The position numbers and the translations under genes are program-made. A stretch of 32,000 nucleotides of DNA from Promethearchaeota archaeon (lineage in GTDB: Archaea; Asgardarchaeota; Lokiarchaeia; Sigyniarchaeales; SOKP01), in NCBI GenBank assembly GCA_030606485.1, contig JAUWGH010000005.1:1-32000 (forward strand). The letters run 5' to 3'. The notes under the pieces are model-generated. The model ran no database searches. It had not been told where the DNA came from and was given only the letters and a program-made list of their open reading frames with translations. This document shows, in pieces, positions 15,963 to 25,524 of the stretch; positions within the stretch are counted from its first letter, which is position 1; the number at the start of each line of letters is the position of its first letter.

Positions 15963-17291
15963 TCAAAATGAGATTGTCAGATTAGGAAATGCAATATATG
16001 GAAAAAGAGAATTTGAAGAAAACTCAGTTTCTTTTGAAATGAATTGACAATTTTTTATCATTTCTAAGACATTTCCGCTTACATTTCCACCTTTTATTGG
16101 ATTCGAGAATCTACCATTTTTAATGAAATATCCATTTCTTATTTCAGCTCCAAAAGAACCTGAAAATTCATCTGGTTCTAGCCATGAACATTTTTCAATA
16201 TAATAACCTTCTTTCACATTTGAAATCATTTCCTCTAAAGAAATATCACCTGGCAAAATTTGAAGATTTGTGTTTCCGTTAGTAATTGAACCATTCTCTG
16301 TCCTTATGCCATTTCCAGTTGATATTGTGTCCCCTAAAATCGCATATTTTTGATCAAATAAACGTTTTTTAAAAATTCCATTCTCAATTATTTCGTTTTT
16401 CTGTTGAGCGTTTCCTTCTCCGTCCCAAGCATTTGTTAGTAACCCTCCCTCAAGTAACCCGTTGTCAATAATAGTAAAATTGTCGGATGCAACTTTCTCA
16501 TTTAAATTAAATTTAGAAACTTTTTCGTGAAAAGCTTTTCCCAATGCCTGAAAACCAACAACGGGATTAATCGCATCTTTTAAAAGGCTTGGTGAAAAAA
16601 TAACAAGGGCTTGTTTCTTTGATTTAGGAGGTTTTGCTTTTAAGTTATCCTTGGAAATTCTAGCCCACTTTTCTACTCGTTTATTAAAATTTAGATGTTC
16701 TCTCTCTTTAATATATTCACTTTCCCAATATTCAGATAATTTTCCTTTTTCTTGTGTCTTCAAGGAAAATTCAAGGTAAAAAAAAGTTCTTAAATTATCT
16801 AAATCTATTCCATTGCTATTATTTAAAAATCTTTTTTGGATATGTATTCTAAAACGACCAAAAGTAGGTGTTACATCTTTATATTCATTGATTTCTGTTA
16901 TTAACTCTTCACAAATCTCTTTTTTGGCTCTAAGTGGATCTTTTATTAATTTCTGATCGACTGTACTAATCTGCGAAATTGATTTTTTTTCAGGAAAGTT
17001 ATATTTAGAAGTAGAGTTATTTTTTGCCAATAATAAACATGTATTTATATATTTCTCAATTTCTTTAGGATCTATCGAATTTCCCTTAACTATCCCAATT
17101 CCGGTCTCAATATTTCTCTGAGATAATATCCTAATTATATATTCTAAATCATTTATTTCTCTTTCAGATTCAATTTGATTTTTTAAAAATTGCGTTTCAT
17201 AAATTTGTTGAGAAATAAGATATATTTCATATTCCTCAACATTTTTCGATTGAATAGCTTTTCTAATTAATTCTACTTTTTCATTATTCAT
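15963..17291 (-). CDS. pmbA: PmbA/TldE-family protein (non-catalytic partner of TldD)
   Basis: WDGEG, GNGIR, GNTNLQILPG, SGSFGAEI, PIKGGNVSGNV motifs; lacks HExxxH; directly downstream of tldD. Confidence 0.85.
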   Translation of the reverse strand: MNNEKVELIRKAIQSKNVEEYEIYLISQQIYETQFLKNQIESEREINDLEYIIRILSQRNIETGIGIVKGNSIDPKEIEKYINTCLLLAKNNSTSKYNFPEKKSISQISTVDQKLIKDPLRAKKEICEELITEINEYKDVTPTFGRFRIHIQKRFLNNSNGIDLDNLRTFFYLEFSLKTQEKGKLSEYWESEYIKEREHLNFNKRVEKWARISKDNLKAKPPKSKKQALVIFSPSLLKDAINPVVGFQALGKAFHEKVSKFNLNEKVASDNFTIIDNGLLEGGLLTNAWDGEGNAQQKNEIIENGIFKKRLFDQKYAILGDTISTGNGIRTENGSITNGNTNLQILPGDISLEEMISNVKEGYYIEKCSWLEPDEFSGSFGAEIRNGYFIKNGRFSNPIKGGNVSGNVLEMIKNCQFISKETEFSSNSLFPYIAFPNLTISF

Positions 17292-17298
17292 CTCTTTT

Positions 17299-18699
17299 TC
17301 ACCCCGGACTAATTAAAGCATTTTTAACTCTAATAAAACTACCACCAGTTGTTACCGGAATGAAGTCTTCAACACCTTTCCCACAAGTTCCTCCATGTAA
17401 ATTTAAATTATCATTACTAATTGCATCAATATTTTGTAATAATTCCAAAACTGGACCGCTTAAAGTAATGGATTTAAGTAATTTCGTTCGTTCGCCATTT
17501 TCAATCAAATAACCTTTTTTTGATGTACATTGCATCCCTCCTCCTAATGGATCTTCCATTCCAAAATAACCTCGAGTTGGCATTACTCCATATTTAATTT
17601 CTGATATCATCTCATCAAGATCATAGTCTCCTGGCTCAAAATAGGTGTTAGTCATTCTAACATAAACAGGATGAGCAAAAGATTCTCTTCTTCCATTTCC
17701 TTTAGGAATACCGTTTAACAATGAAGCGGTGTGTCTATTGTGTAAAAATCTTTTTAAAATTCCCCCCTCAACTAAAATGTTTTTCCCAGCAGGAATTCCC
17801 TCATCATCAAAAAAATAAGATCCCAATTCATTTTTTAAATTTGGGGAATCACATATTACACATATTTCAGAAGCAACCTTTTTATTTAATTTATCTTTTA
17901 AATAACTTCTATCCCTTAAAATCTGATCCGCTTCCAATCCATGTCCAAAACTCTCATGTGCTATTAAACCAGCCATATCTGGATCTAAAATGATGGGAAA
18001 TTTTCCTGAAGGAGGAGTATCAGCCTTTAACATTTCCAAAGAATTTTTAGCTATTTGTTCTAACTTATTATCAAGTATTTCTTCGATTATCTCAAAACCC
18101 TTTTCGCCCCCAGTAGAAAAATAATCGAAATCTATTGTTGATCCTTCTTTTACAACAGGTTGAATAAAAAATCTAATTCTAGGCAACACCTGCCGCAATT
18201 GACATCCTTCATTATTGAAAAAAATGCGTGTCATTAAACTTTCTGAGTAAAAAATTATTGGATTAATAATTCTTTCATCATATTTTCTTAAATAATTGAA
18301 AAAATCTCTTATTTTTTGAATTTTTTCTTCTATGGGAATATCAGAGGGATTAATCTTGGGTTTTATTTCTTTATTTATCTTCCATGCTTCAAATTCATTT
18401 ATTTCTTCTCCTTTATTGATAACTTTTGGTAACTTTTTTTCAATATTTTTTAATTCTGAGACATCTTGTGTAGCAAATTCCTTCCAAGACCCTATAAATG
18501 TTCGAGCAACAATTCCTGATTTTTTTGCATTTATTGAAATTGATTCCTCAGTAAGCGATTTTTTAATCCTCACTGATGATACGGAATCAAATAAAATATC
18601 AAAATATTGATTCTCACGTTTAAAACTATTAGAAATTTCCTCAAAAATTACAAAAATCTCTTCATTTGATTTATTACTCATAATTAAACCAAAAATCAT
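17299..18699 (-). CDS. tldD: TldD-family metalloprotease
   Basis: IAHESFGHGLEAD (HExxGH), FFDDEG, GNGRRES, RMTNTY, GTCGKG. The start may be the second Met (MSNKS). Confidence 0.93.
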   Translation of the reverse strand: MIFGLIMSNKSNEEIFVIFEEISNSFKRENQYFDILFDSVSSVRIKKSLTEESISINAKKSGIVARTFIGSWKEFATQDVSELKNIEKKLPKVINKGEEINEFEAWKINKEIKPKINPSDIPIEEKIQKIRDFFNYLRKYDERIINPIIFYSESLMTRIFFNNEGCQLRQVLPRIRFFIQPVVKEGSTIDFDYFSTGGEKGFEIIEEILDNKLEQIAKNSLEMLKADTPPSGKFPIILDPDMAGLIAHESFGHGLEADQILRDRSYLKDKLNKKVASEICVICDSPNLKNELGSYFFDDEGIPAGKNILVEGGILKRFLHNRHTASLLNGIPKGNGRRESFAHPVYVRMTNTYFEPGDYDLDEMISEIKYGVMPTRGYFGMEDPLGGGMQCTSKKGYLIENGERTKLLKSITLSGPVLELLQNIDAISNDNLNLHGGTCGKGVEDFIPVTTGGSFIRVKNALISPG

Positions 18700-18817
18700 A
18701 AAATTCTATATTAAAAATATAAATTCAAACAAGAACAAAAGTATTATTATCGCTTATTTTGTGTACTTATTTTAAAATAAATTTTAATCTAATAAAAATT
18801 TTTTAAAAAAAAAGAAA

Positions 18818-19192
18818 TTAATGAATTTTAGCGCCACATCCTTGGCAAAATTGGGCGCCTCCTTCAAGTTGTTCTCCACAAAATTGACAATATTTCTGTT
18901 TTTCAGGTTCTTGAGATACAACAACTTGATTTTGAGATTCTTGATTATATTCCACTTCAGTGGTTTGTAGTTGACTAGATTTAATTTGAGGTATATCACC
19001 AGGTGATTGTGACGATACAATAGAACCACAGTGAATGCACCTATTCTCGCTTTGTGAGTAATAAATCATAAGGTAAATAATTAATCCGATTCCAGCTGTA
19101 AAACATAATAAGATTATTGCTAGTAACAAATTAATATCTTCTCTTGCAAGGAGCACGTTTTGCTTACATTGATTGCAATATCCATAAGTAAT
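18818..19192 (-). CDS. LITAF-like CxxC-TM-CxxC membrane protein with C-terminal double zinc ribbon; probable ATT start
   Basis: The frame extends 12 codons upstream of the track's GTG to ITYGYCNQCKQNVLLARED, aligning with the paralog's MPYGYCPNCRQNVLLVRED. Also CIHC and CQFC...CQGC. Confidence 0.8.
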   Translation of the reverse strand: MTYGYCNQCKQNVLLAREDINLLLAIILLCFTAGIGLIIYLMIYYSQSENRCIHCGSIVSSQSPGDIPQIKSSQLQTTEVEYNQESQNQVVVSQEPEKQKYCQFCGEQLEGGAQFCQGCGAKIH

Positions 19193-19248
19193 TTTTAAAG
19201 CCTCTTTTCTTCTATTTTTATTTTTTTGATTATTTTTATTCTAAAAGA

Positions 19249-19650
19249 TTATATAATTTTTGCACCACAACCAGAACAGAAACGGGCGTTTTCTTCAATT
19301 CTCTCGCCACAATACGGGCAATAGCTTGCTTTTAATTCTTTCTCAGGAGCGATAAATTGATTTTGTGATACTTCATAAATATTTTGTTGACTAGTTTGAA
19401 CTTCATAGGGTTGAGAAACTTTCTGATAAGGAGTTTGAACCTCAATAGGCTGAGAATCTTGCTGTAAACCCGGAACTATAGTATAACAGTGCACACATCT
19501 ATTTTCTGGCTTAGAGTAATAAATTATGAGGTATATAATTAGTCCACAACCACAAGTGAAACAAATTAGGAAAAATGCCAACATCCAATCAATATCTTCG
19601 CGAACAAGAAGCACGTTTTGGCGACAGTTTGGGCAATATCCATATGGCAT
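19249..19650 (-). CDS. LITAF-like CxxC-TM-CxxC membrane protein with C-terminal double zinc ribbon
   Basis: CPNC, hydrophobic segment, CVHC, Q/P-rich linker, CPYC...CSGC; tandem paralog of 18818..19192. Confidence 0.88.
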   Translation of the reverse strand: MPYGYCPNCRQNVLLVREDIDWMLAFFLICFTCGCGLIIYLIIYYSKPENRCVHCYTIVPGLQQDSQPIEVQTPYQKVSQPYEVQTSQQNIYEVSQNQFIAPEKELKASYCPYCGERIEENARFCSGCGAKII

Positions 19651-19742
19651 TTTTTTCTACACCTAATGTTTTATTTTTAATAACCTTTATTTTTAAAATA
19701 TCTACTTAGATATTTAAGGGTTCTATAGACCAAATATTAATT

Positions 19743-20261
19743 TCAATCTCCTTCATTTAAATCAGCACCACACGAAGAACAGAGTTCTTGTCCCTCATCT
19801 GAAATTTTTGAACCACAAAATGGGCAAAAAGCAATCCTTCTATAAAAAATAACAGCATTTTTAATCTGTGGAATTTCCTGAACCTGTTTAGGTTCTATTA
19901 ATTTTTCAGTGGTCTCCATCTCTGACTCTACAGAACCTGTATGGGTCTCTTCAGTGGGAACTGAATACATTTCTTTCGGTAATTCCAAAGTTTTAGTTAA
20001 ATCTTGACCTGGAGGTATTATCACTACTATATTATTACATTTTTTACACCTATTCTTTTTTCTTCTAAAGTATAGATATATCAGCACGGGTGTTGCTAAA
20101 CCTAATGTAACAATAAGAACTATCGTCCATACTAATATTACACTATCTTTAAATGGTTTTCTTTTAATTTCTACATATTTTTTACAAATCGGACAAAAGT
20201 TTAACTGATTTTTCGATATCACTGATTTTTCAATCTCTAATTCTTCTAATTTTATAATCAT
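19743..20261 (-). CDS. LITAF-like zinc-ribbon membrane protein (more divergent third paralog)
   Basis: CPIC, hydrophobic segment, CKKC, linker, CPFC...CSSC. Confidence 0.85.
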   Translation of the reverse strand: MIIKLEELEIEKSVISKNQLNFCPICKKYVEIKRKPFKDSVILVWTIVLIVTLGLATPVLIYLYFRRKKNRCKKCNNIVVIIPPGQDLTKTLELPKEMYSVPTEETHTGSVESEMETTEKLIEPKQVQEIPQIKNAVIFYRRIAFCPFCGSKISDEGQELCSSCGADLNEGD

Positions 20262-20268
20262 AAATATT

Positions 20269-21213
20269 TTATTTAACTTTATTTCCCAATTTTTGATTTA
20301 ATTTTTCATATTCGTCTGGAAAAAATCTCCGTAATAATCTAATCCAATCAAATCCAATTAACATTGCTCCAGTTATTAATATGAACCACCCAAAGATCCT
20401 AATTACTTCAGCTTTAATATGAAAGATATGATATGGAAATATATCAACTGGAAAAAAAATGAAAAAAATTCCCATTGATGATAATATTATACCCAAAAAG
20501 TAAGTATTTAGAGGTTTTTCAGTATAGAACATATTCTTTTTATCATTTATTGTTTCATTATCATCAATACTTGTATTTTTATCAGAATTGAGGGATAAAA
20601 ATTTAAAATTTATAACATCTTTCCAATCTCTTCCCACTAAAAAACTCCCGAAATATAAAAGCAGAGTTAGTAATATTATAAAAACGGTTCCAATAATATG
20701 AAATTCAGTTATTAATTTTTCTTTAGAAATCCAAGTGAGTCTTAATAAAAATAATCCTATCGCTATTAGTATTAAAATTATACCAGCAAATCCTTCATGC
20801 ACATGATGTCTCCCCTTTATAATATTACTTTCAAATTTATGTTGATATTTTGTAATTAGAAATAGTGAATGAACCGAAAAAAAGGGAGCAATGCAACAAA
20901 CACAAAGTATTATTATAAATCCCCATTGAAATAGAGTGAGTTTTGAAAAAATTGAGAAATAAACACAAATAACGAAATTATAGATCCAAGCACCAATACT
21001 TATGATATTTGAAACAAAAAATAGATATTTATATTTCTTATATTTTAAATTTAAGAAGATAATTAAAAAAATCCACCCTACAATAAAAATGAACATACCC
21101 TTATATAATTCATTGCCTTGTGGATGTTGAAAGTAATTCCAGAAGCCAACGCCAATAAAAATAGCAATTAAAATAAAAACTGATAAAATAATAATAGTAT
21201 ATTTTCTATTCAT
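20269..21213 (-). CDS. Multi-pass membrane protein, unknown function
   Basis: About 8 hydrophobic segments; HHVHEG motif; duplicated GxxLxGxDW motif. Confidence 0.85.
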   Translation of the reverse strand: MNRKYTIIILSVFILIAIFIGVGFWNYFQHPQGNELYKGMFIFIVGWIFLIIFLNLKYKKYKYLFFVSNIISIGAWIYNFVICVYFSIFSKLTLFQWGFIIILCVCCIAPFFSVHSLFLITKYQHKFESNIIKGRHHVHEGFAGIILILIAIGLFLLRLTWISKEKLITEFHIIGTVFIILLTLLLYFGSFLVGRDWKDVINFKFLSLNSDKNTSIDDNETINDKKNMFYTEKPLNTYFLGIILSSMGIFFIFFPVDIFPYHIFHIKAEVIRIFGWFILITGAMLIGFDWIRLLRRFFPDEYEKLNQKLGNKVK

Positions 21214-21259
21214 TGATTAATTAAGTTTAATTACAATCTTATTTATTTTTTACATAATA

Positions 21260-21871
21260 ATGGTCAGAGCGTTTATTGTTTTGGAAGGAATTGACGGAAG
21301 CGGAACTACAACCCACTCTCAACTATTAACTAAATTTTTAGAAGAAAAGGGATTAAATGTCCACTTAACACAAGAACCATCATCAAGTATAATTGGAGAT
21401 TTACTAAAAAAGATTTTATTGGATGAAAATATTCCTCCTGAAACAGATGCTTTGTTATTTGCTGCTGATAGATACATTCATTATATAAATGAAATTGAGA
21501 AAAAACTTGAAAATGGATATATTGTAATTTCAGATAGATATCTTGAATCTTCAATTGTGTATCAATCTTCTCAAACAGATCAGATTTCAATTGAATGGAT
21601 TGAAAATATCAACAAATTCGTTGGAATACCAGACATAACTATAATTTTAGATTTACCTCCTAAAGTCTCATTAAAAAGAAAATTATCTCATTTAAAATCT
21701 ACGGGTAAAAATAAAGAAAAATTTGAAAATCTAGACTTTTTAGTAAAAGTACGAAACAGATTTTTAGAGAGGGTAAAGGAGAAAGGATATAAAATCATAA
21801 ATTCTGAGAATTCTATTGAATTGGTTCAAAATGAAATTCAAAACTATATAAAAAGCCAATTGAAGTTATGA
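21260..21871 (+). CDS. tmk: Thymidylate (dTMP) kinase
   Basis: IVLEGIDGSG P-loop, TQEP, LLFAADRYIH, ISDRYLESSIVYQ, PDITIILD. Confidence 0.93.
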   Translation: MVRAFIVLEGIDGSGTTTHSQLLTKFLEEKGLNVHLTQEPSSSIIGDLLKKILLDENIPPETDALLFAADRYIHYINEIEKKLENGYIVISDRYLESSIVYQSSQTDQISIEWIENINKFVGIPDITIILDLPPKVSLKRKLSHLKSTGKNKEKFENLDFLVKVRNRFLERVKEKGYKIINSENSIELVQNEIQNYIKSQLKL

Positions 21872-21936
21872 ATAATTAAATAAAATACTTAACTTAAATA
21901 TATAAATTAAATATCTTTTTATTTATTGGATTTTAT

Positions 21937-23175
21937 ATGAAAGCCCTAAAACTTATTGCAGACAAATATTTTGATGAGGATATTCTATTTAATCATGTTA
22001 AACATTTTTCTTATCCTCGATTATCTGGATCTGAAGGTGAAAAGAAAGCAATAAGAGAAGTTGCGGAAACTTTTAAAGAAATTGGTTTTAATGATGCTGA
22101 AATAAAGGCAGAAAGTTTTATTTTTTCTGATTTCTATTCTACAACGTTAATTAAATTTATAATGATGCTTTCTCTTATGAATATGTTCCTGTTTTTTGTC
22201 TTCACATATTTTCAGACTATCTTAAACACCATTTTAGACTTAGTTTTAATATTAATCTCGGGGATTATTGTATATTTTTTATTAAAAGGTTTAAAGCATC
22301 CGGAAGAAACTGCATTTATAGCAAAATATTTTGGAAAATTAATTGAATCAAAAAATGTGTTCATAAAAGTTCCTGCAAAAAAAATTGATCCAAATAAAGC
22401 CGGAAACATAATATTTTCGGCTCATATTGATTCAAAATCTCAAGCCTATTCAACAACAATACGTGTTTTTGTTTATAAAGTATGGATATATGCTGGATTT
22501 TTTGCAGCAATTTTTATTTTAATAGATATCATAATAGACATTGAATGGATAAAAATCGCAGCTAGGATTGCTACAGTTGTAATTATGATAGATAATATAA
22601 TATTACTGCTTTTAACTACAGGAAATAAATCTTCTGGGGCATTAGATAATGCTTGTGGTATGACATGTGTCTTTGAAATTGCAAGATATTTTAGAGAACA
22701 CCCACTTAATAGTTTTAATGTCTGGTGTTGTCAATTTGGCGCTGAAGAACTTGGAACTATGGGAAGCCGCAATTTTTGTAAAACTTATGAAGATCAATTT
22801 GTAATTGGGAAGATCTTTCAATTCAATTTTGAGATGCTCGGAATTAAAGGAGTAAAACATAAAGTACAGATGATGGAAAAATATGGCATTCCAAAAAAAA
22901 ATATCTCTCCCACTTTAATAAAATATTTAAAAAAAGCTGCCCAAAAAATTGACTTGTATATTGAAGGTTTTTATTTAACAACGGGAGCTCATACTGATAC
23001 AGTACCTTTTCACCAACGAAACTATGATGCAATCGATGTAATGACTCGTGAGAGTGCAATATATGCGCATACAAAAAAAGATACTATAGATAAAGTTGAT
23101 AAAAGTATTTCAAGAGAAGCATGTTTAATAACAGTTCAAGCCGCACTTTTACTTGATAAAAATTTTAAAAAATAA
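21937..23175 (+). CDS. M28-family zinc peptidase with transmembrane insertions
   Basis: PRLSGSEGE, AHIDS, GALDNACG, GAEELGTMGS, NFEMLG, TDTVPF, HTKKDT; four hydrophobic segments. Confidence 0.9.
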   Translation: MKALKLIADKYFDEDILFNHVKHFSYPRLSGSEGEKKAIREVAETFKEIGFNDAEIKAESFIFSDFYSTTLIKFIMMLSLMNMFLFFVFTYFQTILNTILDLVLILISGIIVYFLLKGLKHPEETAFIAKYFGKLIESKNVFIKVPAKKIDPNKAGNIIFSAHIDSKSQAYSTTIRVFVYKVWIYAGFFAAIFILIDIIIDIEWIKIAARIATVVIMIDNIILLLLTTGNKSSGALDNACGMTCVFEIARYFREHPLNSFNVWCCQFGAEELGTMGSRNFCKTYEDQFVIGKIFQFNFEMLGIKGVKHKVQMMEKYGIPKKNISPTLIKYLKKAAQKIDLYIEGFYLTTGAHTDTVPFHQRNYDAIDVMTRESAIYAHTKKDTIDKVDKSISREACLITVQAALLLDKNFKK

Positions 23176-23196
23176 AATTAAGTTTATGAATAGACA

Positions 23197-24201
23197 ATGA
23201 GTGATTGGATATCTTATTTGAAAGAGGATCCAACGGAATGGTTATTAGAACCAGATAATCCCTCTGTAAGATATCTGACTTTAACTGAAATTTTAGAAAA
23301 ACCTGTTAGTGATCCTCAAGTAAAGAAAACAAGAAATGAAATAATGAAAATAGGACCGGTTCCGAAAATCCTTGCAAAGCAAAATAATGAAGGATATTGG
23401 GGGCTCGCTGGAGATTTTTATCAGCGGTCTAAGTATAAAGGAACAGTCTGGTCTCTCATTATATTAGGCGAACTAGGTGCCGATGGAAATGATGAGCGAA
23501 TTAAAAAAACTTGTGAATTTCTTCTTAAAATTTCCCAAGATTATGAAAGCGGAGGTTTTTCACATCATGGTGATCTAAATAAAGGAGGTAGACATAATGA
23601 TATTATTCCATGCTTAACCGGCAATATGGTTTGGACTATGATTAAGTTTGGTTATTTAGATGACCCAAGAATTCAAAAAGGAATTGACTGGCTTGTAAAA
23701 TATCAACGTTTTGATGATGGAATAGCAGAAGCTCCAAAAGGTTGGCCTTATAGATATGAAAAATGTTGGGGAACACACACATGCCATATGGGTGTAGTAA
23801 AGACATTAAAGGCACTCGTAGAAATTCCTCCAAATAAACGCTCCAAAATGATTAAGAATACGATTGAGAACTCAGTTGTCTACTTGTTTAAGCATCATCT
23901 CTATAAAAAAAGTCATAATTTGTCTCAAATTGCCCACAAAGACTGGATAATTTTTGGATTTCCTCGACTTTGGCAGACTGATGCCTTGGAAATGTTGGAA
24001 ATTTTAACGGATTTAGGTTATAATGATAATAGAATGCAAGATGCCATTGATCTTATGATTAAAAAACAAGATAATGATGGGAAATGGAAGATGGAACGAA
24101 CCTTCAATGGACGGTTTCAAACAAGTATTGAACGAAAAGGAAAACCAAGTAAATGGAATACTATAAACGCACTAAGAGTATTGAAAAGATTATATGGTTA
24201 A
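23197..24201 (+). CDS. Prenyltransferase/squalene-cyclase-like alpha/alpha-toroid protein, function unknown
   Basis: QNNEGYW, QRFDDG and QDNDGKW QW-like repeats; IPCLTGN; CHMGVVK; no DXDD motif seen. Confidence 0.75.
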   Translation: MSDWISYLKEDPTEWLLEPDNPSVRYLTLTEILEKPVSDPQVKKTRNEIMKIGPVPKILAKQNNEGYWGLAGDFYQRSKYKGTVWSLIILGELGADGNDERIKKTCEFLLKISQDYESGGFSHHGDLNKGGRHNDIIPCLTGNMVWTMIKFGYLDDPRIQKGIDWLVKYQRFDDGIAEAPKGWPYRYEKCWGTHTCHMGVVKTLKALVEIPPNKRSKMIKNTIENSVVYLFKHHLYKKSHNLSQIAHKDWIIFGFPRLWQTDALEMLEILTDLGYNDNRMQDAIDLMIKKQDNDGKWKMERTFNGRFQTSIERKGKPSKWNTINALRVLKRLYG

Positions 24202-24237
24202 AAACAATACCTTATATATTCATTTTTAAATAATTTT

Positions 24238-25515
24238 GTGAATTTATTGACTGAAAATTCTGGAAAAACTATAGCTGAGAAGATTTTAAGCGACCACTCA
24301 TCTAATAAATCAGTATCACCTGGAGAATTTATTGAAGCAGATATAGATCTTGTTATGGTTCATGAACAACTTGGTGGGCGCATCCATAAAGAATATGAAA
24401 AACTCGGATTAGATAAAGTATGGGACACTGAAAAAATATTTTTTATTCTTGACCATTGGGTACCAGCACCCTCTATAGAAGCGGCTAAAATGCACCAAGA
24501 TTGTCGAAAATTTGCAAAAAAATATAAGTTTAAGCATGATCTTGGTATGGATAAGGGAATTTGCCATCAAGTTTTAACAGAATTAGGTTTCGCAAAACCA
24601 GGAATGTTAATTGTCGGTTCTGATAGTCATACAACAACTTACGGAGCCTTAAATTGTTTCTCAACCGGTATTGGTGCAACGGACGTGTCAGTTGTCTTTG
24701 CTACGGGAAAATTATGGTTTATGATCCCTGAAACACAAAAATTCTTCCTTGAAGGACAATTACGAGAAAAGATAATGTCTAAAGACTTAATTTTGCAAAT
24801 AATTGGAGATATTTCAACGGGCGGTGCAGAATATAAATCTATAGAATTTCATGGGGATGGGGCCAAATCTCTCTCAATTGATTCTCGAATGACGGTCTCC
24901 AATATGGTGGTAGAAGCAGGAGCAAAAAGTGGAATATTTATTCCAGATAATAACTTGGTTGAGTGGTTAAAAGGAAGGTCAATATCAAACTATAAACTTA
25001 CAATGCCTGATGATAATGCAGCATATACTGAAGAATTTAATTATAATTTATCTAAAATAGTGCCTGTCGTAGCAAAACCATCAAGTCCTGATAATGTGGT
25101 ACCTGTATCAGAATTACCAGAAATTAAAATTGATCAAGCTTTTTTGGGGAGTTGCACAAATGGACGGTTAGAAGATCTGCGCCAAGCAGCCCAAATTTTA
25201 AAAAATAAAAAAATTTATCGGGATGTTAGATTAATTGTTATTCCAGCTTCAAAAGAAATATATCTAAATGCCATAAAAGAAGGATTAATTGAAATCTTCC
25301 TTAATTCCAATGCAATAGTTGGAAATCCTACTTGCGGACCCTGCTTTGGAGGCCATTTGGGTGTATTAGGACCGGATGAGGTTTGCATTAGCACCACCAA
25401 TAGAAATTTTATTGGAAGAATGGGTGATGTTTCATCAAAAATCTATTTAGCTTCACCAACTACTACAGCTGCTTCAGCGTTAAAAGGAAAAATTGTTGAT
25501 CCGAGAGAGGTGTAA
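24238..25515 (+). CDS. leuC: 3-isopropylmalate dehydratase / homoaconitase family, large subunit
   Basis: DHWVP, GICHQ, GSDSHTTTYGA, GSCTNGR, CGPCFG ([4Fe-4S] cysteines), STTNRNFIGRMG, YLASP. Substrate (LeuC vs HacA) unresolved. Confidence 0.93.
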   Translation: MNLLTENSGKTIAEKILSDHSSNKSVSPGEFIEADIDLVMVHEQLGGRIHKEYEKLGLDKVWDTEKIFFILDHWVPAPSIEAAKMHQDCRKFAKKYKFKHDLGMDKGICHQVLTELGFAKPGMLIVGSDSHTTTYGALNCFSTGIGATDVSVVFATGKLWFMIPETQKFFLEGQLREKIMSKDLILQIIGDISTGGAEYKSIEFHGDGAKSLSIDSRMTVSNMVVEAGAKSGIFIPDNNLVEWLKGRSISNYKLTMPDDNAAYTEEFNYNLSKIVPVVAKPSSPDNVVPVSELPEIKIDQAFLGSCTNGRLEDLRQAAQILKNKKIYRDVRLIVIPASKEIYLNAIKEGLIEIFLNSNAIVGNPTCGPCFGGHLGVLGPDEVCISTTNRNFIGRMGDVSSKIYLASPTTTAASALKGKIVDPREV

Positions 25516-25524
25516 TGCAAGATT

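Noticed and set aside
14645-18699. Aminotransferase + pmbA + tldD as a peptide natural-product (RiPP) cluster
   Set aside because: TldD/PmbA pairs are ubiquitous in archaea; no precursor peptide or modifying enzymes (YcaO, rSAM) nearby.
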